Of a stretch of DNA of 64,000 nucleotides, positions 11,876 to 26,038 are shown piece by piece. Each line of letters opens with the position of its first letter. The first letter of the stretch is position 1. Under the pieces are notes generated by a model that ran no database searches, was not told the DNA's origin, and worked only from the letters and a program-made list of their open reading frames with translations. The stretch is taken from positions 17,625,500 to 17,689,499 of the forward strand of contig CM082577.2 in assembly GCA_040954595.2 (NCBI GenBank), written 5' to 3'. The stretch comes from Balanoglossus misakiensis. Its lineage: Eukaryota > Animalia > Hemichordata. Made by a program: the position numbers and the translations under genes.

Positions 11876-14800
11876 CAAACGTTTTATAGTCATTTTATGG
11901 CCCCTCTTTGATCCGATATTTGTTTATACTTTCATTCTTAATAGCAGCGCAATATTTCAGATTTAGCATTTCACCAATGAAGGAATACACGTCACATTAA
12001 GTTAACGATTTGATAACCAGTGCAACTACTCATAATCATAGATTGGTACTGTGTGTGGAAAACCTTTGCTATATTATGTGCATTAGATTAACCAGCGACC
12101 TTGTATTGGAGGCCGTCATATAGAGTTTTCCCCGACCGTTCCCCCGCTGAGAACTCCACTCGGTGGGTTGCATTGTACTGTAAATGAATGGAACACACTT
12201 GAATAGACGGTAGGCAGCGGTCACCTTCCCTCTTGCCCGTATACATCGAGTTTCTATGCTGTTAATTTCATCCATTTTGTCTTATGTTGAAATCTGCCAG
12301 ACTCTTTAACGATAAATAAACGAAACAAAATGTTGATATTGATACAGCGTTTCACTAGTGACAGAGTTTTATAATAGTTTAGTCTTTCTACTGGTTTTAC
12401 GGGGTTGCGTGTGCAGCTTGGGCTTTTTTTTCCCAATACATCACGATAATTCGATTGTTGCAATGGGGTGGAAGTTTGGGTTTCATCAACACTATTGCGG
12501 GCTGTCAGAGTGTAAGGTTCATTCGTTACTTTTCCCCTCTACAAAAGGGCTGTGAATTTTGCGTTGCTTTTGTGTCCTAGTCCTTTGAGGCTAATGTTGA
12601 TCACGAAGAATAGCCAGTAATGGGATTGCCTGATTGTCTATTTGTGCACATTTCATCGTGTTTACTAATCCCCGACAAGAGCAATTGAATCCAATGCACT
12701 TTATCAGCCGTGAAATAGCAAGCAGATTTGAACATTTCACCTACAAGCTTTCATCGCTTTCTACATTTATCTACTAGATCGAGTTTAATCAAATCCCAAC
12801 TAAATTATTGCTTTCGGTGCCATTCAAACAGTTTTTTTCGGGGTTGCTTGCTTACAACGTGGAAATACTCACATTGAAGATCAACAAGGACTAGATGTCA
12901 CGCAACTATCCGACGTCCCTGTCTACCTATGCAGGCACAATCAATCCATTTTCAAGCTGTTTATTTCATATTTTGTGTGAACGCTCGTTATGTGGGACAC
13001 ACCCTTTGTGTTTGTTTTCCTCGTTTGTATATACAGTCAGAGAAGCACAGGTATTCCTCCGGGGAAAATATAATGACTTGACACATATCGGAGAAGCCAG
13101 TATAGAACTCTATCCAGTTTAATTAAATTGCAGTAATTAAGTTTGAGATAAGGCATATGTGTTGCCATGATAAAAAGGCCCAGATCCATCGACAGATTGG
13201 ACAAAATATCATCTATTGGTTAAAATGTTTTAGTTGTTTATTTTTTTCACAATTTGGAATGTTTTAAGTCTTATTTCTGGGACGAGTGCGAATACAAACG
13301 TTTTGGTGTCCAAACTTCGTTTCTGCGAAGCGTGTATACGGCAGAGCCGGGTTTTGCTGTAACGATGGGACAGCACGCCTGCCGCGGTTCCCAGCAGCGG
13401 GCCCCGTATAAGGGCGGCGCTTCTCACATTGAATATATTCACCATAGTGTGACCGAAAAACAGAAAACTCAAACCTCTGGGCAGTCGTAAGATAAATGAC
13501 ATGTTTTGCCTTGCCGCGTGACATTTATTTTTGGATAAGTTGATTGACAATGAAATTCACATTAGTGAGCGGAAGGCTCACAAGTGAATGATCTGGGACA
13601 CATTTTAGACTTTCTTTCAACCTACAATGCACATTGGAGACTATCTTTCTCGCTATGTTTTACATTTGCATCATACGTTTAAGCTCTTACGAATTTCGGG
13701 ACACGACAGACAACAGCGAAAGTAACGGTAAATAAGCCCTGGGGCCTCGGGCATCAGACCTCCCTGTCCCCTAGGACTAACACACACCTTTGTCACGCTC
13801 CAGTGTTTCCCTTCAACGGTGATCTGCCCGGGCAAGTTGTCTTTTCAGGCGTTTTAATGTTCTGTAGGATACAGAAAAGCACAGGGACGGTATATCAGAC
13901 TTCCACTCGTGTGTAACCGGTATGATAGAACTTGTTCCATATAAACCATTGACAGGCCAGAGCCCTACTGCATAAAAACCAAACCTCTATTCTCACTCCA
14001 CACAATAGACCCCAAGCTCCCAACTGGGCTATATTATATCTGTCTTTCAGTTAACTAGACTTAGTCATAGTGCAGTCCATGTCCCCAGCTTCTCATTGTC
14101 ATATATACTAGACGTGGTATAATTGTCTCTTTTATTCGCGTGGACGTCATGTCTTAAAACACACATGTTTAGGGACGTATTATTGAGCAACTTCGTAGTT
14201 TGGTATATGGAAACCCGCGCTGACAACATTCACATGATGACCATTTACACAATTCTACATTCTCCAAAGCGTTCGAGAGGGACCACAACAGAAATCTAAT
14301 TACTGTCGCTGACAGTTATCTCAAATGTAATGACCTTCTTCGTTTGTTTGCAGACAAAAGACTTGACCTCTAATTTTAGGCGCTAATTACAGGCAGGTTA
14401 TTTCATTTACAATGTGTCTCTCATTGCTTACAAACAAATTGAAGGGAATTTTACCTTCGATCGTGACCCCCCGTGTATAATCTCCTCGGCAGAGTACCGC
14501 ATTCAAGCTGCACTGTAAGCTTTAGTCTGACAACACCATTATTGCAAAACACATGGCAGTGTTCACGACGATGGTACAATACACTCATTTGTAAAGTGAT
14601 CACGAAGCACCTTTGCCCACCAAAGTCATAAAATTGTCTCAGTCTTCCGCCAGTTTGCATTATTAAACGCGACATCCTTGAAGCAGGCGCTCACCACTGT
14701 TTGATGTTTTGGCAGTTTTACGTTCATCCGACTTGTCGTTACCGCCTTCAGCGAAATGCAGAGGAGAAACCTTGAAAATTATTTTCGTAAAATTACAAGA

Positions 14801-16771
14801 CAGGGTATAGAATGACAATGGAATGGACGACTGAAAACCTGTGATGAATACCAATTTGAACAAGGAAGCTATAACCACGGATATCTTACCACCGCGAAGG
14901 GTGGTTGGTTATACAATTACTTCTATTTTGGGAACATAATTATATAAATATGTTGCCGTCTTGATTTTCAACCCTTTGTAGTGGTTTTTGTCACTCGCGC
15001 CATGGCTTCTATAATTATGCTTCTGGCTTAATACTGTGCCGGTTATTTTTATCTTAAAGATTCTCGGTCAGCTTTGCAAACGGAATCTTAATTGCATAAT
15101 GTCTATAATTTCACTATAAAATTAAAGCCCATGTGACCTAACATTTTTTGACCGAAACTATTCGATGCACGCGAAGAGAGATGAAATAAATGGTGTGAAA
15201 TCCACGAAAAGGGCTCAACTCACCAACATTTAGTCAAACCAACGCCCATTTTTGTATTAGTAAACACGTTGTACTCCAGCCGATCGTCATCAAGTACAAG
15301 CAATATGGATGCCATGAGAGTATAGTTAAATTCTAAAGACCCCGCCTCACATTTTACTAGCTGTGATGTAAACAGGCTGTCGAATGGCCCAGGCAAGTCT
15401 GCAGAATCCGCAACACCATGACATGAGCACAACTGTCTGCTTGCTTTTTTATGAACCGACAGAAAGCGTTTCCATTCAGAATCCTATTTGTAATGATAAT
15501 TGTTGTACTTAGTGCAGTGACCTGCTGTCGGACAAAGAGGTGACTTTCTCGATATAATACCATCGTGTTTGCTGTTTCCTGGGCAAAGGGTGAGCTAATA
15601 TGTTCTTCAACTTTTTGTGCAAGTCTGTGTTTGTATTCGACGTTGAAAAGTCTGAAATACGCACGGTGATATCTTCAAAGTCAACAGTTGTACAAAGACT
15701 TGCAACACTGTCGAAGTCTTGTCAAAGACCCCAGTCGCGAAATTTACCCAAACCGCTATTCTTTAAATCGAGTTGGCTCATTTCGAATTCCAGTCATCTA
15801 CAATATTCTTGTTCGGCACAAAAATCAAAGAGAATTTTCTGCCCGAATTCGCTTTACGTCGTAAGGTATTGACGGTGCAGGACAGAAACTTCGCTGTTTT
15901 GTTTGCGGACGAATGAGTGGAACGGAGGGATGGCAATCATGTGAATCCCTTTGACTGCCGCATCTGCCGCGTCAACGAACATATCCAATGAATCGTTTGT
16001 TGGCATGGTTGGAGACCGGAGTATCGATTTGAAGACATTCCTCACGCTAAAGTTAATCTAAGCAGGAGTCTTCTGGCCGATCAATTTTCCCACTTTTCAG
16101 GTAAAATAATGAACAAATCATAATCACTGCCACACAACAACAACAACAACAACAACATCATCGTCAACAACAGCAGCAATAATGAGAAATAGAACCAGTT
16201 AAAACAATCAGTAAAATAGCTAAATCACAGATAGCTAAATCTTTGGTAAGTGTGTCTTATTCATTCTGCGAAACCGCAAACTTTACACCAGATCGGTATC
16301 CCTAGCTCCACTATGCAGATTAATCGCAGCAAACGGTCTAGTTGACTATAAACGCCTGCCTTGTATTCTGTTAACAGTTATACACATGTAAAAGAGCAAA
16401 GCTTTAATGTTTCTGAGCTCGCCTCATTGCATGTGTCCCTTTTTCCCTTTTCAATGAAGACAGCCAATAATTCTACTCATTATTTTTTTCTGCTCAATCA
16501 GACGTTGTCTATATGCTGTTGAGTTAATACATTCTATATGGAAATCAATTAAAAAAGTTTACAAACCAAAATGAAATTATGGCGCTTATATTCATATTGC
16601 TTATTCAGATATATGCTAAGAATCTCATTGGAGAATGATATCAATAACGTCAAAAATAAAACAGGAAAAACCAAAATATAGTCAATATTGAAAATCGCAG
16701 GCAAGGTCACATATCGTCAAGGTCAGGTGGTTCTGGAAATGGAGGTCGCTCACAAACATTACTGTCTGAGA

Positions 16772-16864
<93 letters not shown>
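16772..16864. repeat. (GAT)~31 microsatellite
   Basis: Perfect GAT run; source of the poly-Asp ORF 16688-16894. Confidence 0.97.
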
Positions 16865-17689
16865 AGTGCAAAGTGTATTTTAACACTTGATTAATGTACG
16901 AACGGGATAGTCAAAATCAATAAGAATATGCTTATTTGTGATAAATTATTGCTGATGGGGAGAATGATAGCCTAGAGATGCCTGGGGCTAATACCGAACA
17001 AGGCGTTCAAAAATAACAATGAGCGTGAAATTGACATACACCAGATTATACGAATGAAATGGACAAAGCATCCTTGGGGAATAATAGGATATGGGATCTA
17101 ATTAGAGTTAAATCATGGAATGATGAAAGTAACTATCTTCAGTCTTGTGTCCTGCCTGCACAATGCAATTAATTTTCGACAGTGAACAAATTAAGTTTTT
17201 CGTATATGGCATTTCGGACAGTTCCGCAGTTCGGCGTAATGAAATTTGTGAGCAGAGCCATGAATGCCCAGTGTAGGAAATAATGAATGCATAGAATGTA
17301 AAAAAATACATAAAATGGCGTTTTGCTGATGAATACGTTGGCTAATGAAATTGTAATTTTGAGAGGGCGGTGGGCCTGGGGTTGTAAACATATAACAACG
17401 ATCGCCGGGAAGTTGAAATAGCGCCCTCTGCTGGGGGGGGGGGGTTACATAAAATACGGCACGTACGATATTTGTATCACAATCATTGACATTGTAATTT
17501 CGAAAGAGAAATTTCAAACTCCATTAAGCTCTATTGTTTTGTTGCTTTTGTTTTGTTTATTCATTTATTTTCTTGTTTGTATATTCACAACATGACGAAC
17601 TTAGAAGTATTAAAATGAAATTGGCTTTTACTTTTGGTTTTACTTTCATAATTTTTGTTCTGCTTAAAAAAATGCAATTCTTGTTACAC

Positions 17690-17835
17690 TGCAAACAGCA
17701 TGCTGATATACGCGATGCTTGTCAACGTGGCCTGTGTGTGTGTAACGGCCGATGTTATATATTGTTGACAAAATGAATTCTAGTCCGGACTGGAATTAAT
17801 TTGTCAACAATAAAAATATACAGGTTTTGTTGACA
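17690..17835 (+). mobile_element. Partial copy of the MITE family seen at 40330-40665
   Basis: gtgtgtgtaacggccg..ttgttgacaaaatgaattctagtccggactggaatt matches 40460-40520 and 56130-56650. Confidence 0.7.
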
Positions 17836-19013
17836 AGAATCTCTATTGGATATTCTAGCACGATAAAGGGAACAAACCAACACTGCGTTTTATCCTCAGG
17901 AGAAAAGTAGTGAACAACTGTTGATCCTTTATTAATACGTTTATATTGTCTATGATACAAAGGGCTCTTCTACAAAATTTTACGCGAACAATTTGGAAGG
18001 TTTACGCACGGAAGGAAATTAGAAATATATGACGTCGTATACAAATTTGCATGACAAAGAAACAATAACGACGTCACTCGAATATGTCAACATGAGTTGA
18101 AAAGATGCCTTTCCTATCCGGGGGTGTCAGTATGAGACAACCGAACTTCTGAAATATTGTCAAACTGTCGTGTAAATTGCAATAAGACAAAACCTGCTTC
18201 GTAGGAATTAAAGGTGGTGTTTTTCTTAACATCCGCTCATTAACGTACTATACTAGAAGCTTAAAAAAATCCGTGATCTTTCAATTGGTCTATTAGATTT
18301 TCTTCAAACTGCACGGATGTTAGGGCGCTTGTCCCCATAGACTGACACGGGCACGTGAATCTGAGCATATGATAAACTGGAAAACTGCGCGCATTCGTCT
18401 TTTTCCATAGGATTATATTGAGAACAGCTAGAAAACTCACTTCTACCAATTGCAATTTTCATGAAATTGTACACATAGCTCCGTCAAATACAAGTAAATG
18501 CATCGGTCGAATAAAATCGTATGGTCACCACACTCTATTTTGAGATAAACTTCGCCAAATATTTTGCTCATAGACAAACCATTGGTGAAAAATGCTGACT
18601 CAACAGTTTTCTGCAATTATCGACTAAAATCGCGGTCTTGTATTTCGAAAATAAGCGCAGTGACCACTATATTCTATTACGGATATTCATTATTATATAC
18701 ATTGTACAGTATGAGAAACCAAAAATCCACAATTAAAAGAAATGACAATACAAGATCGTCTTATCACAGTGCGCATGTGCGTAATTTCGTCTGCACAAAT
18801 ATTACGTCAAATCCAAATGATCAGCAAATTTTGCTTCCTACCATATTTCATGTATAAGTAGACTTTGTCCTTTATTTTCACCCAATTTGCTGTCTTTTCC
18901 CGATCTTCGACACGGACTGTCGCCGCCATCTAACCACCGGAGTCACTGGTTTGGTACATGCACATAAGACGATCGTCGCCCTTTAAATCAGTGCTAAAAT
19001 CTATAACCTTATA

Positions 19014-19102
19014 AGGCAAGCGGTCGTCGTCTTATTTCAGGGATTTGTGGATGAATTGTAATGTTTATAAACAAACAAACGCGTTGCGACGACCCCTTCA
19101 CT
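19014..19102 (-). mobile_element. Internally deleted copy of the TTAA-flanked MITE at 33200-33434
   Basis: 19033-19106 is the reverse complement of 33196-33268 (ttaaagtgaaggggtcgtcgc...atccacaaatccctgaaat). A degenerate second TIR aggcaagcggtcgtcg is at 19014. Confidence 0.75.
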
Positions 19103-20995
19103 TTAAACTATAATCCCCAAATATACGATTTTCCAGTCTATAATTCCAACACAATTTACACTTTTAATGAGCGACCCATTTGCCCAATGAGTAATAATCT
19201 TCGGGGCTCAAATCTTACATAATGATAAACATGAAGTCAAGATAGCAAAATAGAAAACAACTTAGGAATATATATAATGAAATCATCAAAAATATAAATA
19301 AATTGGCAAAGTCACAGGAACATACAAAAATAGCTCAATAATCATAATGGAATGTTGTTCGTGATCAACCTTTTTAAGGTCAAGTTTGAATCTAACTTCA
19401 TTTCTTTCAATTTCAAGTTATTTCAATAAGTAATGCGAGAGCGCCTCCAGCGACAGACCTTCCAATCTAAAGAGACACCGAATTTTCTGTGAAAATAAAA
19501 GATTTATTTTGTATGTTGCGCCATACTGACAGATATATTTATGTTGTGCATGGAAACTGGAATGAAAAAATACCGACTTGCTTATTTTCGGATTATTATA
19601 TGTCTAAATTAGAGATAATTATGTCCAGTATGTCAAGAGAATGGAACACGTGCTATCCAACATGGAAAATATTGTCGATTTTATCCGATATTATCTCTAT
19701 AAAATGGCAAAATCGGGCTTCCGCTAACTTGGAACTAAATTTAGACGATATTACTCCTGTAATGTTTATAGTGGCAATGTGTCGAAGTATCCTCGAAGAT
19801 ACTCAATGGCTGTGGGACATGTCTCTATCAGGTTAGTTAAACAACTTCATTTTTGAAACCGAATATAATTTTCCTTTAAATAACACCATTTTTACACGTA
19901 TACACATCTACTAAGCTTGCTTGAATTTCAGAATGAACGTAGGAAGATAAGACATTTCCACGTAAAATTAAAATGATTGTTCAAAACCACGATAGCATAA
20001 ACCTATATCGTAGGCCCCTATGGATTTTCAACTCACTATATGTAGGCCTGGTAGTATTTACGACGCTTGTGTGAATACACGGCACACAACGTTGTAAGAC
20101 AAAGGTCATTTCGTTGACGATTTGATAACGATCAGTGAACAATGGCCTTTACCATATCCCAAAACAAACCGATCTTTCACTCTAATCACATCCCCAATAT
20201 ACAATGACGTCCGATAAGAAACAACAGCGCCAGCGGCCATGTTAATTCGCTTTTTGTTGGAAAATACCAGACCATTCACTCTGCGGTCACTGCCACGTAG
20301 TAGGTTGGGGTTGGAAGTGTCTCAGACGTCGGTGTTTGTCGGATATCGTACCTGGCGGAAATGCAAGAGTGTCTCGAAGGCGATTGAGAAAGAAAGACTT
20401 TTCTCCAGCCCTAACGAATTTTTGGATAGTATTGTGTCTCCACTGGTCAGGCAACGAGTCAGGTAACTTAGAATTTCTAGACTCGTTCTACAGTTTTACT
20501 GCCAACCAACACACCCCAACATTTTGGCTATACGGACGGACCTCCATTCGTCACGGGTTGCACAGTGTGTATACACGTTCGGGATAACCTCAACGATCTT
20601 GCTCATTACTGCCTGACGAAACGACGGTGACTTCATTGTTGCTGGCTGAAGACCTTGTCCGCACGCCCATAACGTGCGAGTAGAATTCTGTGTTTATTGA
20701 CAGTTCTGAGTCGAGTACCCACGCCACGAGAAAGTTGGCGGCTATTGTGGCAGCTGAAGAACATTTCTACAAAAGGCGCTGAGACTAAATGGTGGTCTGA
20801 TTATTGCCATTCGACTCAGAGACAATCAACAGTCGGGACTCCATTTAAACCAATATAGTTTTGAATCTTTTATTGGCTGGTTTGTTTCAAACTGGTTACA
20901 TTTCACTTGATCACGTAACATACAGGCCTGTGTCTGGTTAAAGGGCCTTGATCCGGCGTATTGTGGACAGTTGTTGGTCGAATCACGTGTACAAA

Positions 20996-21496
20996 ATGGG
21001 AGCGACTTTAACGACGGCTGAAAAACTTGTCAACAAGTGTCAACCAGGTGATCTGATTGAGTTCGACGACCCCAAGGCAAGATTCAACCACTGGGCAGTA
21101 TACGTCGGTGAGGGCGAAGTCGTCCACCTGAGTCGCGGAGAAATTCGGAAAGAGTTGATGATACTAGCTGCTCGAGGCCGAAGGGTCAAGGTTAATAACT
21201 TGCGGCATCAGTATCCGACAAGGGACGTGGATTACATCGTTAAAACAGCGCATGAGCAGTTAGGTACTGATTGGTACAACTTTCAGTGGTATGGCTGTGA
21301 AATGTTTGCTGTAAGGTGTCGCTATGGAATAAAAGTCAAACCAACCGAATTACATAAACATTTTGAAGCGCCCAAAAAACCAACACATGGACGCAGTATC
21401 GTGTCTGTTACAAATCCAATGACCCTATATGGTCACCAACAACACGAAGAAGATCTGGAAAGTCAGATTTTTTCAGGAAGAACTCTTTCATTTTGA
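20996..21496 (+). CDS. LRATD1/2 (FAM84): LRAT-domain (NlpC/P60 permuted papain-like) protein, LRATD/FAM84-like, 166 aa
   Basis: ATG at 20996 gives MGATLT (myristoylation-type N-terminus). LVNKCQPGDLIEF...HWAVYVGEGEVVHL..RGRRVKVNNL...W..CEMFAVRCRYG follows the FAM84/LRATD pattern (LLNKCKPGDLVEF..HWAVYVG..QVVHL..GRR..VN..W.NSE.FA.WCRYG). There is no C-terminal TM helix, unlike PLAAT/HRASLS. Confidence 0.85.
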   Translation: MGATLTTAEKLVNKCQPGDLIEFDDPKARFNHWAVYVGEGEVVHLSRGEIRKELMILAARGRRVKVNNLRHQYPTRDVDYIVKTAHEQLGTDWYNFQWYGCEMFAVRCRYGIKVKPTELHKHFEAPKKPTHGRSIVSVTNPMTLYGHQQHEEDLESQIFSGRTLSF

Positions 21497-21619
21497 TATA
21501 TAGTCGCTTAACGTGTCCCGTTTTCACTGCCATTATACCCAGTTGTAGGATGTTGAAGAAATTGTTTTGCCGCACATTTCCATGGACTAGTAGCCTTAGG
21601 AAAGAAATAGAGTAATATG

Positions 21620-21890
21620 GTTGCTGTAACTTATCGCTATGTTTAGTATGTTTGTGTTGTGTATCTACTGCATGCAGCCCCATTTGAAATTCCTGAAAAA
21701 TAATGAACTGTCCGGCGTTTAGCTTATCAACCCAACATTTATGTGTGTATAGTCAGCATTATAATGTGTGCAAATTTGAATTCAAGTCCGGACTAGAGTT
21801 CGTTTGTCAACAATAACAATGTCCGTTACACACATACAGGCAATGTCGAGTATTACTGGGTGTATTTGCATGATATTTGGAGCAGAGCAA
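21620..21890 (-). mobile_element. Reverse-orientation copy of the 40330-40665 MITE family, just 3' of the LRATD-like gene
   Basis: tttagcttatcaac...gtatagtcagcat...gaattcaagtccggactagag...ttgtcaacaataacaatgtccgttacacacatac is the reverse complement of 40460-40580. Confidence 0.75.
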
Positions 21891-24540
21891 AATTGTATTT
21901 GATACTGACGCCTTCATTGCCAGAGGTAACATAATTTTGAGTAATCAATATGTGTAATAGACCGAAAGAGGGCGCAGGTCCTTAAAAAATTCGTGCAAAT
22001 CTAATAAACACAAAACCGAAACACCACTTTTTTATCAGCTTTCTGTTTGATGAGTATCCTGAAATTACATCGAGAGAAGCCGGGTTTCGAAAAGAAATGA
22101 GACATACTCTGTAATTTTTCGTAATTGTATCTTATCTAGTTTTCTTTACTATTAATTCCATTTGCATTTTGTTTGAAAATGCGTAGTTTCTGGATAAGCC
22201 CTCTCTCAATATGCCATAAGTTATGCCAATTTCTAGGCTAAAGGTGCTTTGTAGGTTTGTGTGGGAAATTGATCATCGTTAGCCCAAATATAACACGTAC
22301 GTCACACTTCGATGTAACAATTCTAGCCAAATTGGAGCACAGTGTCCTTGACTGTTTTTTTATTAGAACTACGTTAATCAATAATAAGCTTATACGCGAG
22401 CGGATAAGAATTCAAATCTGACGTTTGTATGTATCTCGAGAATGGAAATGGAAATGAATCTGTCCATGCCATTTTTGTTATTTTTGCACATTATACACTT
22501 TGCTGATTGAATAACATGAAATTCATAATGTACGTCATCTCCGAATGGAGCTCTGACAATGCAGTAATTTAGTAGTTTATAAAGTGTGTTTTATCAACAC
22601 GATTTTGAAATGAGATTAGACACGAATCGTAAATTGTTTATTAAATATACATAGAAAAACCTTGACAGTAACCAAAGCTACAAAGCCGATTCATACATGC
22701 AGTGTAATAAGAAATTCGTGTCACCAAACGCGAATGACTTGCTATGAGAGCAAATACTTTTATTAAGTATACACACGTGATGGGTTACATTGTCCAAGTT
22801 GGAATTGTCACGTAAAGGCGATTTTACACAGAGATAAAACCATGTACTCTGTGGCATGCTAAAATTCTAATTCAAGGCATTATATAATGAATTAATTCTT
22901 TCTGGTTTAGGAACGGCAACTTTGAATAATTCCTACCAATCTCTGCCACCTAATTCTCTCATTTCAAAATCAGTGTGACCGTGGTATAATTTCTTTTTTT
23001 TTCACGTAAGGCGGTAGGGAATATTTATGTGATAATGTTTTATATTTTCTGTACACAGCTCTTACTTCGTTGCAATTGTTTCACCTTGTTCGAATGACAT
23101 TGTTCTGTATTGGATCTGTTGTAATGTTGACAAGATGTTTACAGTCAGTCAAGTCTCTGGTGAGTCCTCCATTACGTTATTGTGATTACAAGAGATCAGC
23201 AAGTAATGAACCAGTTATCTCCTTTAATCCAGGATAAGCGTGTTTGGTGTGTGAGGGCGACAGGCTATTACATCTCTGATGTGCATATACTGACAAGGGA
23301 AATGATTTCCTGATATACAAAACTTCTGTCCAAACAACTAAAATGACCGAGGCGCGATATTCCTTAAGTTAATCATTAAAAGGCCGATCTGTCTTCATTG
23401 ATCACTGATAGCCTTTCTTTGATAATAGTACTCATTCATAAGCACCCAAGGCTACCAAATGCACGTATTTTAGTAGACTACACCTATGTACACCTATAGG
23501 TACAGATTTGCGTCAAACGAAACTCCTGCATGTATGCATGCCTGACATTATTTGCTACATCAAATGATTCGTGATATTCATTTCGATAAGAGAGCTCACT
23601 GCAAGACTCCATAACATTATCTCAACCAGCACATTCTTAGAAGGTGTGAGAGTGTTTATGCTCTCAATAATCTAAGCAGTTGCGCCCTATGTTATTTGGT
23701 TCGAGACAAGAATCATAAATCACAACCTAATATCATCTATCATGATGAGTTCACTGATGTTTAATGCAACACATTGTTTGTCCACAAAGTAAAAATAATA
23801 TTTATAGTTTCCGTCACTGTGTATTTTAAGTTACTCCCCGAATGTTGTGGAATGAATTGCCCTTTGATATAAATGTGCTGGATTAATGCATTGTGTCAAC
23901 ATGTCTTTTTAGAGATTGCTTAAGTATTTCTTAGTGATTTGTGATGCTGTTGTTTTTTACAGAGCACTGAGACGAGATGTAGTGCGCTTGTTTAAAGGAA
24001 TAGTCATAATACATGTACTTGTCGCGTACAGTATAACCTCTCACCCATGTACCTTGATATAGGAAACTTGGACCGCAATATCTTTCTGGTCTCTTACATA
24101 AGTACACACCTTCAAAATACGTCCTTCATCAGATCCAATTTGTCTCTTTAGAATATCGAACACCGTCACAAAATCATTTAAAGATGCAGTGTGCGTGTGA
24201 GCATATACCATGACGCTGTCACATAGTTTTATTTCTGAGCTCATTTGGAGGTACGGGTAATCCTCGTGAAGAAAATTTTCGACAAGCCGTGTAGAAAATG
24301 TAGAGACAGTCGCATTATCCATGATAGGGGGAAATGGTGATTAGAACAGTAACCGTTAGCGTCAACCGCTGCATCAGCACACGCTGCTCTCATTTACAAC
24401 TGCTTCTGATTCACAACCAACAACTGTGGAAAAAAACATAAATCAGAATAGAGAATCTGGTTGAACTTAAAATTGCATGAACTGCATCGTGTGCATTTTA
24501 AAATACTTTGGAGTTGTGAACTGTACTCAGAATAAATACA

Positions 24541-24573
24541 GGACAGAGAGACAGAGACAGGCAGGCAGACAGG

Positions 24574-24615
<42 letters not shown>

Positions 24616-24617
24616 GA
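24541..24617. repeat. (GACA)n/(GA)n microsatellite
   Basis: Directly visible. Confidence 0.93.
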
Positions 24618-25752
24618 GTCATGCGTCTCTGATGTACGCCAGACAAGGATGGATGGATTGTGATCACGTGACAAACAGACACATGAGTCAGATAGACAGA
24701 GGAAACGGACGGACGGGTAAACACTGCATTTACCTGTTCTGGAAATTGGATCATAGAAAAATTGGGTCTGAAAGAACTTATACAAGTCGCAAGTGGATTA
24801 TGCTATGTTATTTGATCCGTGGGAATAGAATGTTAGGGAAAATGCATTGTATTTCTGCTCCAAAGACTAGGATGGAATCCCACGGTTACAGTGGCTAGTC
24901 AATAATAAAAAAATGTACGTTTGTAGAATTGAAATGACTTGACGCATTGTGGAAAATATCCTAATCCGAGCAAGTGAAATTAAGGGTACGTGGAAATTAA
25001 GTTTCACGAAAATAACCTACTGTATTTAACGTAACTCTAAAATCTAATTATTTATATTCGAATAGACCGGTCGTAAAACCGTCGTCGCCATTTGCTGTAA
25101 ATCAACATCTTTGAGACTGGATTTGCAGATAAACGATTTTGCGCCTAACAGTCTCCTCGATTCAAACATAGAATTTAATCCCTACTGATACAGAAACATG
25201 GTTTGGTCCCAAACAGCTATATGCCTAAGACTAATATTAATATTATCGTATTCTGCCAGATATTCTGAATGCAGTTGGAAATAATAGTGACCCAATGAAC
25301 TCATTTTACAAGCGAAACGTGAGGATTTTATATAACCCCAACAGTGAAAGTAAGCTCTATGCTGATCAGAAACGTGGACAGAATTTATAATATACAATTA
25401 CGGTAAACGTTAAGCAGTATGCAAGGTGTACTTCTCACAACAAATGAGCAGATATGATCTCATGTTTAGTTTTGGAAATATGCAAATTACCCATATATTT
25501 TCGATGTCATTTAATGCTTGTGAGACATTTTGAGACAATACTCTGGATATGCGTATATTAATATATGGTTCATATTTGATAGATACAGATACTCATTTCG
25601 TCAAGTTTTGAGCTTTGGCATCCACCCATCAATCCATTCATACATCCATCCATCCACTGGCCAGTTTAGTCTCCTGATCAGTGAGTCCAGTGACTCACGA
25701 AACAGCGTTGTAGAAATTATACCGCCTTTCGTTTCTCCAACTACCTTACTTT

Positions 25753-26038
<286 letters not shown>

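Noticed and set aside
16688-16894. Poly-Asp ORF
   Set aside because: (GAT)n microsatellite with a non-ATG start and no splice support.
18212-18982. TTAAAGG...CCTTTAA-bounded segment as a Kolobok-like element
   Set aside because: The termini do not form a convincing inverted repeat beyond a few bases, and there is no second copy in the window.
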